Source: an uncultured bacterium (GTDB lineage Bacteria; Krumholzibacteriota; Krumholzibacteriia; LZORAL124-64-63). From it: a stretch of 64,000 nucleotides of DNA. Every line of letters starts with the position of its first letter. The first letter of the stretch is position 1. This document shows positions 1-12,125 of the stretch, one piece after another. Position numbers and translations under genes: made by a program. Under the pieces are notes generated by a model. It saw only the letters and a program-made list of their open reading frames with translations. It ran no database searches and was not told where the DNA came from. The DNA lies in contig CAVSZB010000001.1 of NCBI GenBank assembly GCA_963732385.1, positions 81,193 to 145,192 of the forward strand, in the 5' to 3' direction.

Positions 1-1
1 C

Positions 2-205
2 TTCACCGGTCAGATCGTGGTCGCGAACAAGCGCAGCAAGTTCCTCGCCGGCGGCGACTCCGGTTCGCTCATGGTGCAGAACGTCACGACGAACCCGAAG
101 CCGGTCGGCCTGCTGTTCGCCGGCAGCACGACGACGGCGATCGCCAATCCGATCAGCTCGGTGCTCTCGTTCCTGGGCAGCGGCTGGACGATGGTGGGCA
201 TCTGA
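2..205 (+). CDS. Trypsin-like (Nal1-like) serine protease, C-terminal fragment (5' truncated by window)
   Basis: Open frame from position 2; catalytic GDSGS motif (AGGDSGSL) followed by VGLLFAGS and ANPI..VL typical of this group. Confidence 0.75.
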   Translation, partial: FTGQIVVANKRSKFLAGGDSGSLMVQNVTTNPKPVGLLFAGSTTTAIANPISSVLSFLGSGWTMVGI

Positions 206-302
206 GCCGCACCGTTTTCCGGCTGAGGTTGTGAATTCGCAAGTGGACACCCGCCCTCCCCCGGGGGGGGGCGGGTGTCCTGTTACGAAGGGGGACGCGA
301 CC

Positions 303-635
303 ATGGCGATCCTGCGCGCGGCGACCCTCGCGCTGGCGGCGATGTTCCTGATGGGCGGCTGCCGTTCCGGCGCGCGCCACGAACCGGGGGGAGAAACAGC
401 AGTGGCACAACGACCCATCGAGATGGTGCTGGCCGATCACACGCCGCGCCTGATGGCGTTGGCGGGTGTTGCGGGGACCTATCAGGGGGCTCTCGACGAT
501 GGCTCGCCCTGCATCGCGATCATGGTCGTGACGCTGACTCCGGCCCTGCGCGACAGTCTGCCAGAGACGCTGGAGGGGTGGCCGGTGCGGGTCGAAGAGA
601 CGGGCGAGATCCGGCCGCTGGACACGGAACGCTGA
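303..635 (+). CDS. Small lipoprotein resembling the N-terminal pro-domain of Nal1-like proteases
   Basis: ATG 303 after GGGGA; lipobox-like LMGGC; LMALAGVAGTYQG...PCIAIMV...LPETLEGWPVRVEETGEIRPL. Confidence 0.65.
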   Translation: MAILRAATLALAAMFLMGGCRSGARHEPGGETAVAQRPIEMVLADHTPRLMALAGVAGTYQGALDDGSPCIAIMVVTLTPALRDSLPETLEGWPVRVEETGEIRPLDTER

Positions 636-656
636 GTCGCCGCGCGGCGGCGTGGT

Positions 657-1532
657 TCACGGAGTCCAGCGGGCGTAGACGCCGGCCGGCAGGGGCGGCG
701 CGCCGGCGGCGCCGCACAGCAGCATCTCTCCCGCCTCGACGCTTCCGCCCAACGGCGCCAGCAGCGTGCGCAGCACGGCGGCGGTGACCCCGGGCGAATG
801 CGCCGTCAGCAGCACGCCGAGCGGCACCTTGGCCAGCACATCCCGACAGGCGATCAGCAGCGGGTGGAGGTCGCGTTCGATTTTCCACACCTCGCCGCGC
901 GCGCCGCGCCCGAAAGACGGCGGATCCAGAATGATGATGTCGTAGCGCCGGGAGCGCCGGGTTTCGCGGCGGACGAACCCGAGGGCGTCGTCGGTGAGGC
1001 AACGGAGGCGGTTTTCCGGGATACCGGACCGTTCGGCGTTGAGGGCGGCCCAGGTGTTGACGGCGCGCGCGCCGTCGAGGTGGGTCACTTGGGCGCCCGC
1101 CCGCGCCGCCGCGAGCGAGGCGCCGCCGGTGTAGGCGAAGAGATTGAGCACCTCCAGAGGCGCGCTGCCGGGACCGTTGGCCGCCGTCTGCCGCCCGATC
1201 GTCTCCTCCAGCCAGGCCCAGTGCGCGGCGTGTTCCGGGAAAAGTCCCACGTTCCCGAAACCGGTCAGACGCAGTTCGAAGCTCAGGCCCCGCCAGAGCG
1301 CGTTCCAGGTGGACGGCGCCACGCCTGGGCCGGTCTGCCAGTCGCCGGTTCCCCCCTCGCCGCGCTGGAAGGCGGCATTCGCCTCGGCCCAGGGGGCTGA
1401 GGGGTCGGCCGGCCAGATCGCCTGGGCGGCCGGCCGGTCGAGGAGAACGCCGCCGAAACGCTCCAGCTTGCGGCCATCGCCGCAGGAGACGAGCTCCCAA
1501 CCTTCCGGCCAGCCGTGCACTTCGAGGTCCAT
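657..1532 (-). CDS. Class I SAM-dependent methyltransferase (RlmI/RlmK-like)
   Basis: DGRKLERFG, GLFPEH, VLNLFAYTGG and IILDPPSF motifs. Confidence 0.85.
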   Translation of the reverse strand: MDLEVHGWPEGWELVSCGDGRKLERFGGVLLDRPAAQAIWPADPSAPWAEANAAFQRGEGGTGDWQTGPGVAPSTWNALWRGLSFELRLTGFGNVGLFPEHAAHWAWLEETIGRQTAANGPGSAPLEVLNLFAYTGGASLAAARAGAQVTHLDGARAVNTWAALNAERSGIPENRLRCLTDDALGFVRRETRRSRRYDIIILDPPSFGRGARGEVWKIERDLHPLLIACRDVLAKVPLGVLLTAHSPGVTAAVLRTLLAPLGGSVEAGEMLLCGAAGAPPLPAGVYARWTP

Positions 1533-1623
1533 GGACGGAAGTATAGGGGCTGCGGGGCTGGCGCGACAACGGTCGGTCGCCGACGGCGTTCCCGGAGGTG
1601 CCTGACGCCGGCGGCCGCGACCG

Positions 1624-2574
1624 TCAACGGGCGGCAGCCAGCAGTGCGGTCCAGCTCGTGGGGAGGTTCTGATCGATGATGCCGTCGCCATCCTCGTCGA
1701 GCCGCAGGCGCGCGCGGTCGGGCCCGGTGAACAACACTGCCACCGAGCCGCCGCCTGCCTGCCGCACCACGAGGCGGCCCGCCTCGGCCGGGCCGAGCGC
1801 GCCGTTGGGAAGCAGAGCGCCGCTCAGCCGCGAGGTCGTCTGCAGGGTGAGGGCGCCGAACCGGGCGTGGGCCAGCGAGGCCCGCACCCGCAGGGTCCAG
1901 GCATGGGAATAGGGCTGAAGTTCGAGTGTCAGGTCGAGGCTGTCGAGCACGGCGTCGCCGGACGGGGCGGTGCAATGGAAACCGGCGGCTCCGCAGCCAA
2001 CGGTGAGTCGCTCGCCGATCGGCCCACGGACGTAGGCCATGGCGAGGGTGCCGGAGAGGGCTGTGGCGGTGGAGTCGGTCACGGCGGCGGCAAGGTCGGC
2101 ATAGAGGGCGGGGGTGGTGAAAGCGCCGGCGCCGAACGTCATGTCCGGCACGTGCAGCCCGGCCGGCCGGGCGCTGGACTGCGTGCCCGGAGGCGCAACC
2201 GGGCGCGGGGCGGTGTCGAGGCGCAGACCGTCGCCGCTCGAGAGCGCGCCGTCGCGATTGGCGTCGAACCACCTCAGGAAGAAACGGTCGCTGCGGCCAG
2301 GCAGGGCGATGAGCGAATCGCTCTGATCGACTCCCTCTTCGAGCAGTCGCGGCGCCTCCAGGACGGCGAAACGGCCGGTGTCGAGGGCGAGCTGCAGCGC
2401 GTCGCGCACGGGGGCCAGGGCGGCGGTGGCCAAGTGGCCAGGGTCGGACGAGGGTGGCAGCGCGTCGGCGTCGCCGGCGCTGACTCCTCCACCCCCGCAG
2501 CCGGCGGCGGCCAGGATCGCGAAGAACGCGCCCGCGGCGGACGCGCGCAAGTGTGGCAGGGGCGTGAACATCAT
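1624..2574 (-). CDS. Hypothetical lipoprotein with DxDxDG-type Ca-binding loops
   Basis: Signal peptide ending LAAAGC; DANRDGALSSGD and DEDGDGIID. Confidence 0.6.
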   Translation of the reverse strand: MMFTPLPHLRASAAGAFFAILAAAGCGGGGVSAGDADALPPSSDPGHLATAALAPVRDALQLALDTGRFAVLEAPRLLEEGVDQSDSLIALPGRSDRFFLRWFDANRDGALSSGDGLRLDTAPRPVAPPGTQSSARPAGLHVPDMTFGAGAFTTPALYADLAAAVTDSTATALSGTLAMAYVRGPIGERLTVGCGAAGFHCTAPSGDAVLDSLDLTLELQPYSHAWTLRVRASLAHARFGALTLQTTSRLSGALLPNGALGPAEAGRLVVRQAGGGSVAVLFTGPDRARLRLDEDGDGIIDQNLPTSWTALLAAAR

Positions 2575-2680
2575 TTTCCCCCCCTCCACACATAATCATA
2601 CCACTTCGTCGCGGCCACAGCCGACCCGATTTGGCTGGGCGCAGGATCCGCTCCCGCCACGCGTTAAGGATGGGGCTATC

Positions 2681-2709
2681 TTGACGGGGCCGGGGGGCGG
2701 CCATAGTAT
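2681..2709 (+). promoter_or_regulatory. Putative sigma70 promoter of first MacAB operon
   Basis: TTGACG-17 nt-TAGTAT. Confidence 0.4.
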
Positions 2710-2782
2710 GGAAAAATCTGTTAGTTGCGAAGACTTTGAACAACCGGCGCAGCCTCGTCTCGCCGGGGGAGGCCTGACGCCG

Positions 2783-4113
2783 ATGGGTCGCAGGGGCATG
2801 GCAATAGTGATCTTGGTGGTGCTGGTCGCGGCGGGCGGATTTTATGCCTGGCGCAGCGCGAAGGCCCGCCACGCGAAGCCGAGGTACCGCACCGAAGCGG
2901 TCCAGCGCGGAGACATCCAGGTGCAGGTCACGGCCACTGGCAATCTGCAGGCGGTGACCACCGTGCTCGTCGGCAGCCAGGTGAGCGGCACGATCTCGGC
3001 GCTCTACGCTGATTTCAACGACCGCGTGCGCAGCGGACAGGTGCTGGCGCAGCTCGACCCGACGTTTCTCAAGGCGCAGACAGCGCAAAGCCGCGCCGAC
3101 CTCCAGCGTACCGATGTGCAGGTGCGTCAGTCGGAGCGGGACAGCGCGCGCGTCTACCCGCTGCTGGGCGAGGGGCTGGTTTCCGTCGCCGACATCGACA
3201 TGTCGCGCACCGCGCTTGACCAGGCACGCGCCTCGCGGGCGTCGGCGCAGGCGGCGCTCGACCGCGCCGAAACGAACCTGCGCTATGCGACCATCCACTC
3301 GCCCATCGACGGCGTGGTGATCTCGCGCGACGTGGACATGGGCCAGACGGTGGCCGCATCGCTGTCGGCGCCGACTCTCTTCACGATCGCCAACGATCTC
3401 CAGAAGATGCAGCTCGAGGTGGCGGTCGACGAGGCCGACATAGGCATGGTCAAGGGGGGCAGCGGGCCACCTTCACCGTGGACGCCTACCCGTCACAGCT
3501 CTTCCAGGGCGTCGTGCATCAGATCCGCCTGGCGCCCGAGACCGTCCAGAACGTGGTGACCTACACCGTCGTCATCCTCGTGGAGAATCCCGGCGAGAAG
3601 CTGCTGCCCGGCATGACCGCCAACGTCTCGATCCTGGTGGACGAGGCGACGGGCGTGTTGAAGGTGCCGGCCCTGGCGCTGCGCTTCCGGCCCCCGACGG
3701 GCGCGGTGGCGGCGGGGCCCGGTGGCGCCGCGGCTGGACGGAGCGGGATGCGGCAGGCCGCGGGCGGCGAGGGCGCGCGCGAAGGGGGACGCCGCGGCGG
3801 CGCCCGGCCCGACGGTGCCCGTCCGGGCGGCCTGCCCGGCGCTCCGGCCGGCAGCGGGCCTGCCGGCGAAGCCCCGGGCGAAAGCGCCTGGCAGCCCGGC
3901 AAGCTCTACGTGCTCGACAAGGGGACGGAACTGCACCAGCTGGACGTGATGACGGGGCAGACCGACGGCACCTTCGTGGCGGTGCGGGGCGCGGCGCTGA
4001 GCGAAGGGGCGAGGATCGTCGTCGGGCTGGAAGTGGCCGGCCAGGGCGGCGCCAACAGCCAGGGGGCGGTCAATCCGTTCACGCCGCGGATGCCCTCCGG
4101 CGGGCGGCGATAG
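2783..4113 (+). pseudogene. MacA-like efflux periplasmic adaptor, frameshifted at the G6 run 3454-3459 (real frameshift or sequencing error)
   Basis: N-terminal half (VGSQVSG, SPIDGVV, GQTVAASL, VDEADIG) continues in another frame as GQRATFTVDAYP...NVVTY...LLPGMTA. Confidence 0.85.
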
Positions 4114-4115
4114 AC

Positions 4116-4853
<738 letters not shown>

Positions 4854-6071
4854 ATGCGCATCGCCCTGCTGCTCAAGGCCGCGCTGCGGGCCATCGCGCG
4901 CAACAAGATGCGCTCCACGCTCACTGTGCTCGGCATCATCATCGGCGTGGGCGCGGTCATCGCCATGGTCGGCATCGGCGAGGGCGCCTCGAGCATGGTG
5001 CAGTCGCAGATCGCCAGCCTCGGCGACAATCTCATCAACATCTTTCCCGGTTCTCGCATGGCGGGCGGCGTGCACGGCGGCGCCGGCACCTACTCCATGC
5101 TGACGGAGGACGACGTCGTCGCGATTCGCACGCAGGTCCCGTGGGTGACCGCAGTCAGTCCGGTCGCTCGCACCGGCGCGCAGGTCGTTTATGGCAACCA
5201 GAACTGGGGCACGCAGATTTACGGCGGGAGCGAGAGCATCTTCGCCATCCGCCGCTGGGCGATCGTCAGCGGCACCGGCTTCAACGATTCGGCCGTGCGC
5301 GGCGTGGCCAAGGTGGCGGTCATCGGGCAGACCGTGGCCGAACAGCTGTTCCAGGGGTCCGACCCGGTCGGGCAGTCGATCCGCATCAAGAAGATCCCGT
5401 TCACGGTGATCGGCGTGCTTGACAAGAAAGGGCAGAATTCCTGGGGTCAGGACCAGGATGATGTCATCTTCGCGCCGTATACCACCGTGCTGAAGAAGAT
5501 CTCCGGCGAGGACCACCTGAACATGATCCTCGCCTCGGCGACGTCGATGCAGGCGCTGCCACAGGCGGTCGAGGCGATCTCGCAGCTGCTGCGCGCCCGC
5601 CACCGCATCGCGGCCGGCAAGGATGACGACTTCACGGTCCGCACCCAGCAGGACATCGCGAACATCGCGGGCTCGACCTCGCAGGTCATGCGCACGCTGC
5701 TGGCCGTGATCGCGTCGATCTCGCTGTTCGTCGGCGGCATCGGCATCATGAACATCATGCTGGTGTCGGTCACGGAGCGGACTCGCGAGATCGGCATTCG
5801 CATGGCCGTGGGGGCCAAGGGCTGGCACGTGATGCTGCAGTTCCTGGCCGAGGCGGTCGTGCTGGCGTGTTTCGGCGGGCTGCTCGGCATCGGCGTGGGG
5901 GTGGGGGCGGCCAACATCGTGCGCAAGACGGCGAACTGGCCGGTCCTGATCCAGCCCCAGGCGATCCTGGTGGCGTTCCTGTTCGCCGCCGCGATCGGCA
6001 TCTTCTTCGGCTTCTGGCCGGCCCGCAAGGCGTCGCGTCTCGACCCGATCGAAGCGCTGCGCTATGAGTGA
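4854..6071 (+). CDS. MacB-type ABC transporter permease
   Basis: RSTLTVLGIIIGV, GGIGIMNIMLVSVTERTREIG, LDPIEALRYE. Confidence 0.95.
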   Translation: MRIALLLKAALRAIARNKMRSTLTVLGIIIGVGAVIAMVGIGEGASSMVQSQIASLGDNLINIFPGSRMAGGVHGGAGTYSMLTEDDVVAIRTQVPWVTAVSPVARTGAQVVYGNQNWGTQIYGGSESIFAIRRWAIVSGTGFNDSAVRGVAKVAVIGQTVAEQLFQGSDPVGQSIRIKKIPFTVIGVLDKKGQNSWGQDQDDVIFAPYTTVLKKISGEDHLNMILASATSMQALPQAVEAISQLLRARHRIAAGKDDDFTVRTQQDIANIAGSTSQVMRTLLAVIASISLFVGGIGIMNIMLVSVTERTREIGIRMAVGAKGWHVMLQFLAEAVVLACFGGLLGIGVGVGAANIVRKTANWPVLIQPQAILVAFLFAAAIGIFFGFWPARKASRLDPIEALRYE

Positions 6072-6870
6072 CGCCCTGCGCGGCGCGGCCGATCAGGCGC
6101 TTCCGCTGTGCGGTCGCCGCGTCATCGTCACCCGCGCGGCCGACCAGGCTGAAGACATCGTCGGCGCGCTGGCCATGCGTGGAGCCGAAGTGATCGCCTG
6201 CCCCGTCCTGCGCGTCGAGCCGCTCTCCGCCGCCCACCTCGTGCCGCTGCGCGATCGGCTGGCTGACTACGCTTGGGTTGTTTTCACCAGCGGCAACGGG
6301 GTGCGCGGCCTGCTGACGCAACTCGCCGGACGGAGTCTCGACGCGCGCGCGCTCGGCGCGGCGAGAATCGTCTGCGTCGGCTCGACCACCGCCGCGGCGC
6401 TTGCCACCGGCGGCCTGCGCGTCGATTTCGTGCCGACTGATTTCCGGGCTGAGGCGATGCTGCGGGAATTTCTCACCGCCCATGACGTGAATGGCGCGCG
6501 CCTGTTGCGTGTGCGCGGCGGCAGGGCCTCGACGGAGGTGGAAGACGCCCTGCGCGAAGCCGGCGCCGAAGTCGATGTCCTCGACACCTACCGCACCGTG
6601 CCGGCCGAACCGTCGCCCGAAGTGCGCGCCGACATTCTCGCCCGCGGCGCCGCAGCCGTCACCTTCGCCAGCGGCTCCGCCGTGGACGGCTTCGACCGCG
6701 CGGTGCCGGAGCACGGTCTGCACGCGAAGGCGCTGGCCGCCTGCATCGGACCGGTCACGGCGCTGGCGGCGGAGCGGGCGGGCTGGGGGCAAATCGTGGC
6801 GCCCCCGGAGAGCACGGCCGGCGCGCTGGTGGACGCGCTGGTGGACGCGATCGTGCGGCATCCGCTCTGA
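6064..6870 (+). CDS. hemD: Uroporphyrinogen-III synthase
   Basis: VIVTRA, WVVFTSGNGV, CVGSTTA, TFASGSAV, CIGPVT. Confidence 0.9.
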   Translation: MSDALRGAADQALPLCGRRVIVTRAADQAEDIVGALAMRGAEVIACPVLRVEPLSAAHLVPLRDRLADYAWVVFTSGNGVRGLLTQLAGRSLDARALGAARIVCVGSTTAAALATGGLRVDFVPTDFRAEAMLREFLTAHDVNGARLLRVRGGRASTEVEDALREAGAEVDVLDTYRTVPAEPSPEVRADILARGAAAVTFASGSAVDGFDRAVPEHGLHAKALAACIGPVTALAAERAGWGQIVAPPESTAGALVDALVDAIVRHPL

Positions 6871-6894
6871 GCTTCGCTCCTCCGGGCAGCTTCG

Positions 6895-7803
6895 TCACTC
6901 CTGCGGCTCCAGAAACGTCCCCCGGTCTAGCTCCGCGAACGCCTGCTCCAGCTGTTCCTGGGTGTTCATGACGATCGGGCCGCGCCAGGCGACCGGCTCC
7001 CGCAACGGCCTGCCCGAGACCAGGAGGAAGCGGATCCCTTCGTCTCTCGCCTGCACCGTGATCTCGTCGCCGCGATCGAACAGCACGAGCGTACGATTGT
7101 CGGCCGCGGTCGGCGGCGACGTGTCGACCCGGCCCACCACCTCGGTCGGTACAGCGAGAGGCTTGGACGCGTGGGCGAAATTCCCGGACCCCGCGAAGAC
7201 ATACGCGAAGGCGTGGCGCGCGGTCTCGATCGGGAGAGTCCGCCGCACGCCCGGGGGCACTGAAACGTCGAGGTAGAGCGGATCGGCCGCGATGCCGTCG
7301 ACCGGCCCCGTACGGCCCCAGAAGTGGCCGCACACGATCCGCACCCCGGTCCCGTCGTCGTCGGTGATCAGCGGGATGTCAGGCGCTTTGATCTCCTGGT
7401 AACGGGGCGCCGTCATCTTGAGCGCCGCCGGGAGGTTCGCCCAGAGCTGGAACCCGTGCATCCGGCCGGCGTCGTCGCCCCGGGGCATCTCCTGGTGGAT
7501 GATGCCGCGGCCGGCCGTCATCCACTGGACATCGCCCGCGGAGATGACGCCGCGGTTCCCCATGCTGTCGCCGTGCTCGACGTCCCCCGCGAGGACATAC
7601 GTGATCGTCTCGATCCCGCGGTGGGGATGCCAGGGGAAGCCGGCCAGGTAATCATCCGGACGTTCGCTGCGGAAGTCGTCGAAGAGCAGGAACGGATCGA
7701 ATTCGGTGGTATTCCCGAAGCCGAAGGCCCGGCGCAGATTCACGCCGGCCCCCTCGCGGGTCGGCCGGGGCTTCGCGAGGCGCTTCACGGGTCGGATCGA
7801 CAT
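6895..7803 (-). CDS. Pirin family protein
   Basis: DPFLLFD, GFPWHPHRGIETITY, QWMTAGRGIIHQE, GPIVMNT. Confidence 0.95.
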   Translation of the reverse strand: MSIRPVKRLAKPRPTREGAGVNLRRAFGFGNTTEFDPFLLFDDFRSERPDDYLAGFPWHPHRGIETITYVLAGDVEHGDSMGNRGVISAGDVQWMTAGRGIIHQEMPRGDDAGRMHGFQLWANLPAALKMTAPRYQEIKAPDIPLITDDDGTGVRIVCGHFWGRTGPVDGIAADPLYLDVSVPPGVRRTLPIETARHAFAYVFAGSGNFAHASKPLAVPTEVVGRVDTSPPTAADNRTLVLFDRGDEITVQARDEGIRFLLVSGRPLREPVAWRGPIVMNTQEQLEQAFAELDRGTFLEPQE

Positions 7804-7916
7804 TGGTGCACTCCTTTCTCCGGGGGGCAGCCCCCGGGAGAACGGGTCCCAGGCTAGTGCGAACCGCGTCGGACCGCCCGTGGCGTGGCGTCCGGGACGC
7901 CGACAACCCGGTCGCA

Positions 7917-7935
7917 TTCTTGACCACTTCTTGAC
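7917..7935 (+). promoter_or_regulatory. Putative KdpE-binding tandem direct repeat
   Basis: TTCTTGAC twice with 11-bp period upstream of the kdp operon; TACTCT -10-like box at 7979-7984. Confidence 0.5.
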
Positions 7936-8032
7936 GCAATTACCCTTCTCCTGAAGCCCGGATTGACGCGGCGACCCTTACTCTGTGATCACGGCGCGCG
8001 ATTCGCGCCGGGTCGGTCGTGAGGAAGGCGTT

Positions 8033-8125
8033 ATGGACAGCCCCCATGCCATCGCGGTGCTCGTGACCTGCTTCATGCTGATGGCCCTGGCCTGGAGCAT
8101 CGTTCGCCCTCAGGGACGCCGCTGA
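8033..8125 (+). CDS. 30-aa hydrophobic KdpF-like micro-peptide
   Basis: RBS GAGGAAGG; MDSPHAIAVLVTCFMLMALAWSIVRPQGRR, one TM ending in RP like KdpF. Confidence 0.5.
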   Translation: MDSPHAIAVLVTCFMLMALAWSIVRPQGRR

Positions 8126-8151
8126 CCCTGGCTGTCATCGGGGAGGGAACC

Positions 8152-8247
8152 GTGCGGGACCTGCTGTTCGTCGGGATCACGCTGGCTTTCTTCGCGCTGG
8201 GTGCGCTGTACGCGCGGGTCTGCGCCAGGCTGCCGGGGGCGTCATGA
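8152..8247 (+). CDS. 31-aa kdp-associated membrane micro-peptide
   Basis: RBS GGGAGG, GTG start; MRDLLFVGITLAFFALGALYARVCARLPGAS; ATGA overlap with kdpF. Confidence 0.65.
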   Translation: MRDLLFVGITLAFFALGALYARVCARLPGAS

Positions 8248-8333
8248 CGGTCGAATACGCGGCGGGCGGCGTGCTGGCAGTGCTCCTGCTGGGGTACCTC
8301 GTTTACGCGCTGTTGCGGCCGGAGCGATTCTAG
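8244..8333 (+). CDS. kdpF: K+-transporting ATPase subunit F
   Basis: MTVEYAAGGVLAVLLLGYLVYALLRPERF; YLVYALLRPERF signature directly before kdpA. Confidence 0.9.
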   Translation: MTVEYAAGGVLAVLLLGYLVYALLRPERF

Positions 8334-8343
8334 GAGGCGCGGG

Positions 8344-10062
8344 ATGACGACCATCGGCTGGATGCAGATCGCGGTGTTTTTCGCCGCGGTGCTGGCGGTG
8401 GCCAGGCCGCTCGGGTTGTTCATGCACCGGGTGCTCGAGGGAGAGCCGCACCCGTTCACGCGGCCGCTAGGGTGGATGGAGCGGGGGGTGCTGCGTGCGT
8501 GCCGGGTGGACGGCCACGAGCAGCGGTGGACGGAGTACGCGTTCGGACTGCTGGCGTTCAGCGGGCTGACGATGCTCGTCACGTACGCCCTGCAACGGCT
8601 GCAACACCTGCTGCCGCTCAATCCGCAGGGTCTGCCGGCGGTGGGGGCGGCGTCGGCGTTCAACACGGCGGCCAGCTTCACCTCCAACACCAACTGGCAG
8701 GGCTACGCGGGCGAGACGACCATGAGCTACCTCACGCAGATGGCGGGGCTGGGGTGGCACAACTTCATCTCGGCGGCGGCGGGAATCGCGGTGGCGGCGG
8801 CGTTGGCGCGCGGGCTGACGCGGCAGGGCGCCGGCAGGGGTCCGGGCACGGTGGGCAACGTCTGGCTGGACCTGACCCGGACGATCGTGCACATCCTGCT
8901 ACCGCTGAGCGTGTTGCTGGCGCTGGTGTTCGTCTCGCGCGGCGTGATCCAGAATTTCGCTCCGTACCGGGAGGTGAAGACGATCGAGGGCGACCGCCAG
9001 GTTATGGCCATGGGACCGGTGGCGTCGCAGGAGGCGATCAAGCAGCTCGGCACGAACGGCGGCGGCTTCTTCAACGCGAACTCGGCGCACCCGTTCGAGA
9101 ACCCGACCCCGCTCACGAATTTCCTCTCGCTGCTGGCGATCTTCGCCATCCCGGCGGGCCTCACCTTCACGTTCGGGCGGATGGCGCGCGACCAGCGGCA
9201 GGGGTGGGTCCTGCTGGCGGCGATGAGCCTGTTCTTCCTCGCCGGTGTAACTGCGGCCTACCGGGCGGAGTCGGCGGACAACCCGGCGCTGCGGCAGGCG
9301 GGCGCGGCGCCGGGCGGCGGCAACCTGGAAGGGAAGGAGACCCGGTTCGGCGTGGCGGCCTCGTCGCTCTACGCCGTCGTCACCACCGATGCCTCCTGCG
9401 GCGCCGTCAACGCGATGCACGACAGTTTCACGCCGCTCGGCGGGCTGGTGCCGCTCTTCAACATCCAGCTGGGCGAAGTGGTGTTCGGCGGGGTGGGTGC
9501 GGGACTGTACGGAATGCTGGTGATGGCGCTGCTGTCGGTGTTCATCGCCGGGCTGATGGTGGGACGCACGCCGGAGTACCTCGGCAAGAAGATCGGGGCG
9601 CGCGAGGTCAAGCTGGCCATGCTCTACGTGCTGATCTTCCCGCTGCTCGTCCTCGCGCCGACGGCGGTGTCGGCGGTGCGGCCCGCGTCGCTGGCGTCGC
9701 TGAACAACGCCGGACCGCACGGACTGACGGAGATCCTCTACGCCTGCACCAGCGCGGCGGGAAACAACGGGTCCGCGTTCGCGGGGCTCAACGCCAACAC
9801 GCTCTGGTACAACCTCACGCTCGGCCTGGTGATGCTGGCCGGGCGCTTCCTGATGATCGTGCCGGTGCTGGCGATCGCCGGGTCGCTGGCCGGAAAGACC
9901 CGCGCCCCGGCCGGTCCCGGCACTCTGCCCACGACCGGACCGCTGTTCGCCGTGCTGCTCGTGTCGGTGATCATGATCGTGGGGGCGCTGACCTTCTTTC
10001 CGGCCCTGAGCCTCGGCCCGGTCGTGGAGCATTTCCTGGCGCAGGCCGGAAAGGCGTACTGA
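8344..10062 (+). CDS. kdpA: K+-transporting ATPase subunit A
   Basis: NTNWQ, LGTNGGGFF, NSAHPFENP, GRTPEYLGKKI, NNGSAF. Confidence 0.98.
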   Translation: MTTIGWMQIAVFFAAVLAVARPLGLFMHRVLEGEPHPFTRPLGWMERGVLRACRVDGHEQRWTEYAFGLLAFSGLTMLVTYALQRLQHLLPLNPQGLPAVGAASAFNTAASFTSNTNWQGYAGETTMSYLTQMAGLGWHNFISAAAGIAVAAALARGLTRQGAGRGPGTVGNVWLDLTRTIVHILLPLSVLLALVFVSRGVIQNFAPYREVKTIEGDRQVMAMGPVASQEAIKQLGTNGGGFFNANSAHPFENPTPLTNFLSLLAIFAIPAGLTFTFGRMARDQRQGWVLLAAMSLFFLAGVTAAYRAESADNPALRQAGAAPGGGNLEGKETRFGVAASSLYAVVTTDASCGAVNAMHDSFTPLGGLVPLFNIQLGEVVFGGVGAGLYGMLVMALLSVFIAGLMVGRTPEYLGKKIGAREVKLAMLYVLIFPLLVLAPTAVSAVRPASLASLNNAGPHGLTEILYACTSAAGNNGSAFAGLNANTLWYNLTLGLVMLAGRFLMIVPVLAIAGSLAGKTRAPAGPGTLPTTGPLFAVLLVSVIMIVGALTFFPALSLGPVVEHFLAQAGKAY

Positions 10063-10065
10063 GTC

Positions 10066-12117
<2,052 letters not shown>

Positions 12118-12125
12118 GAGAAGCC

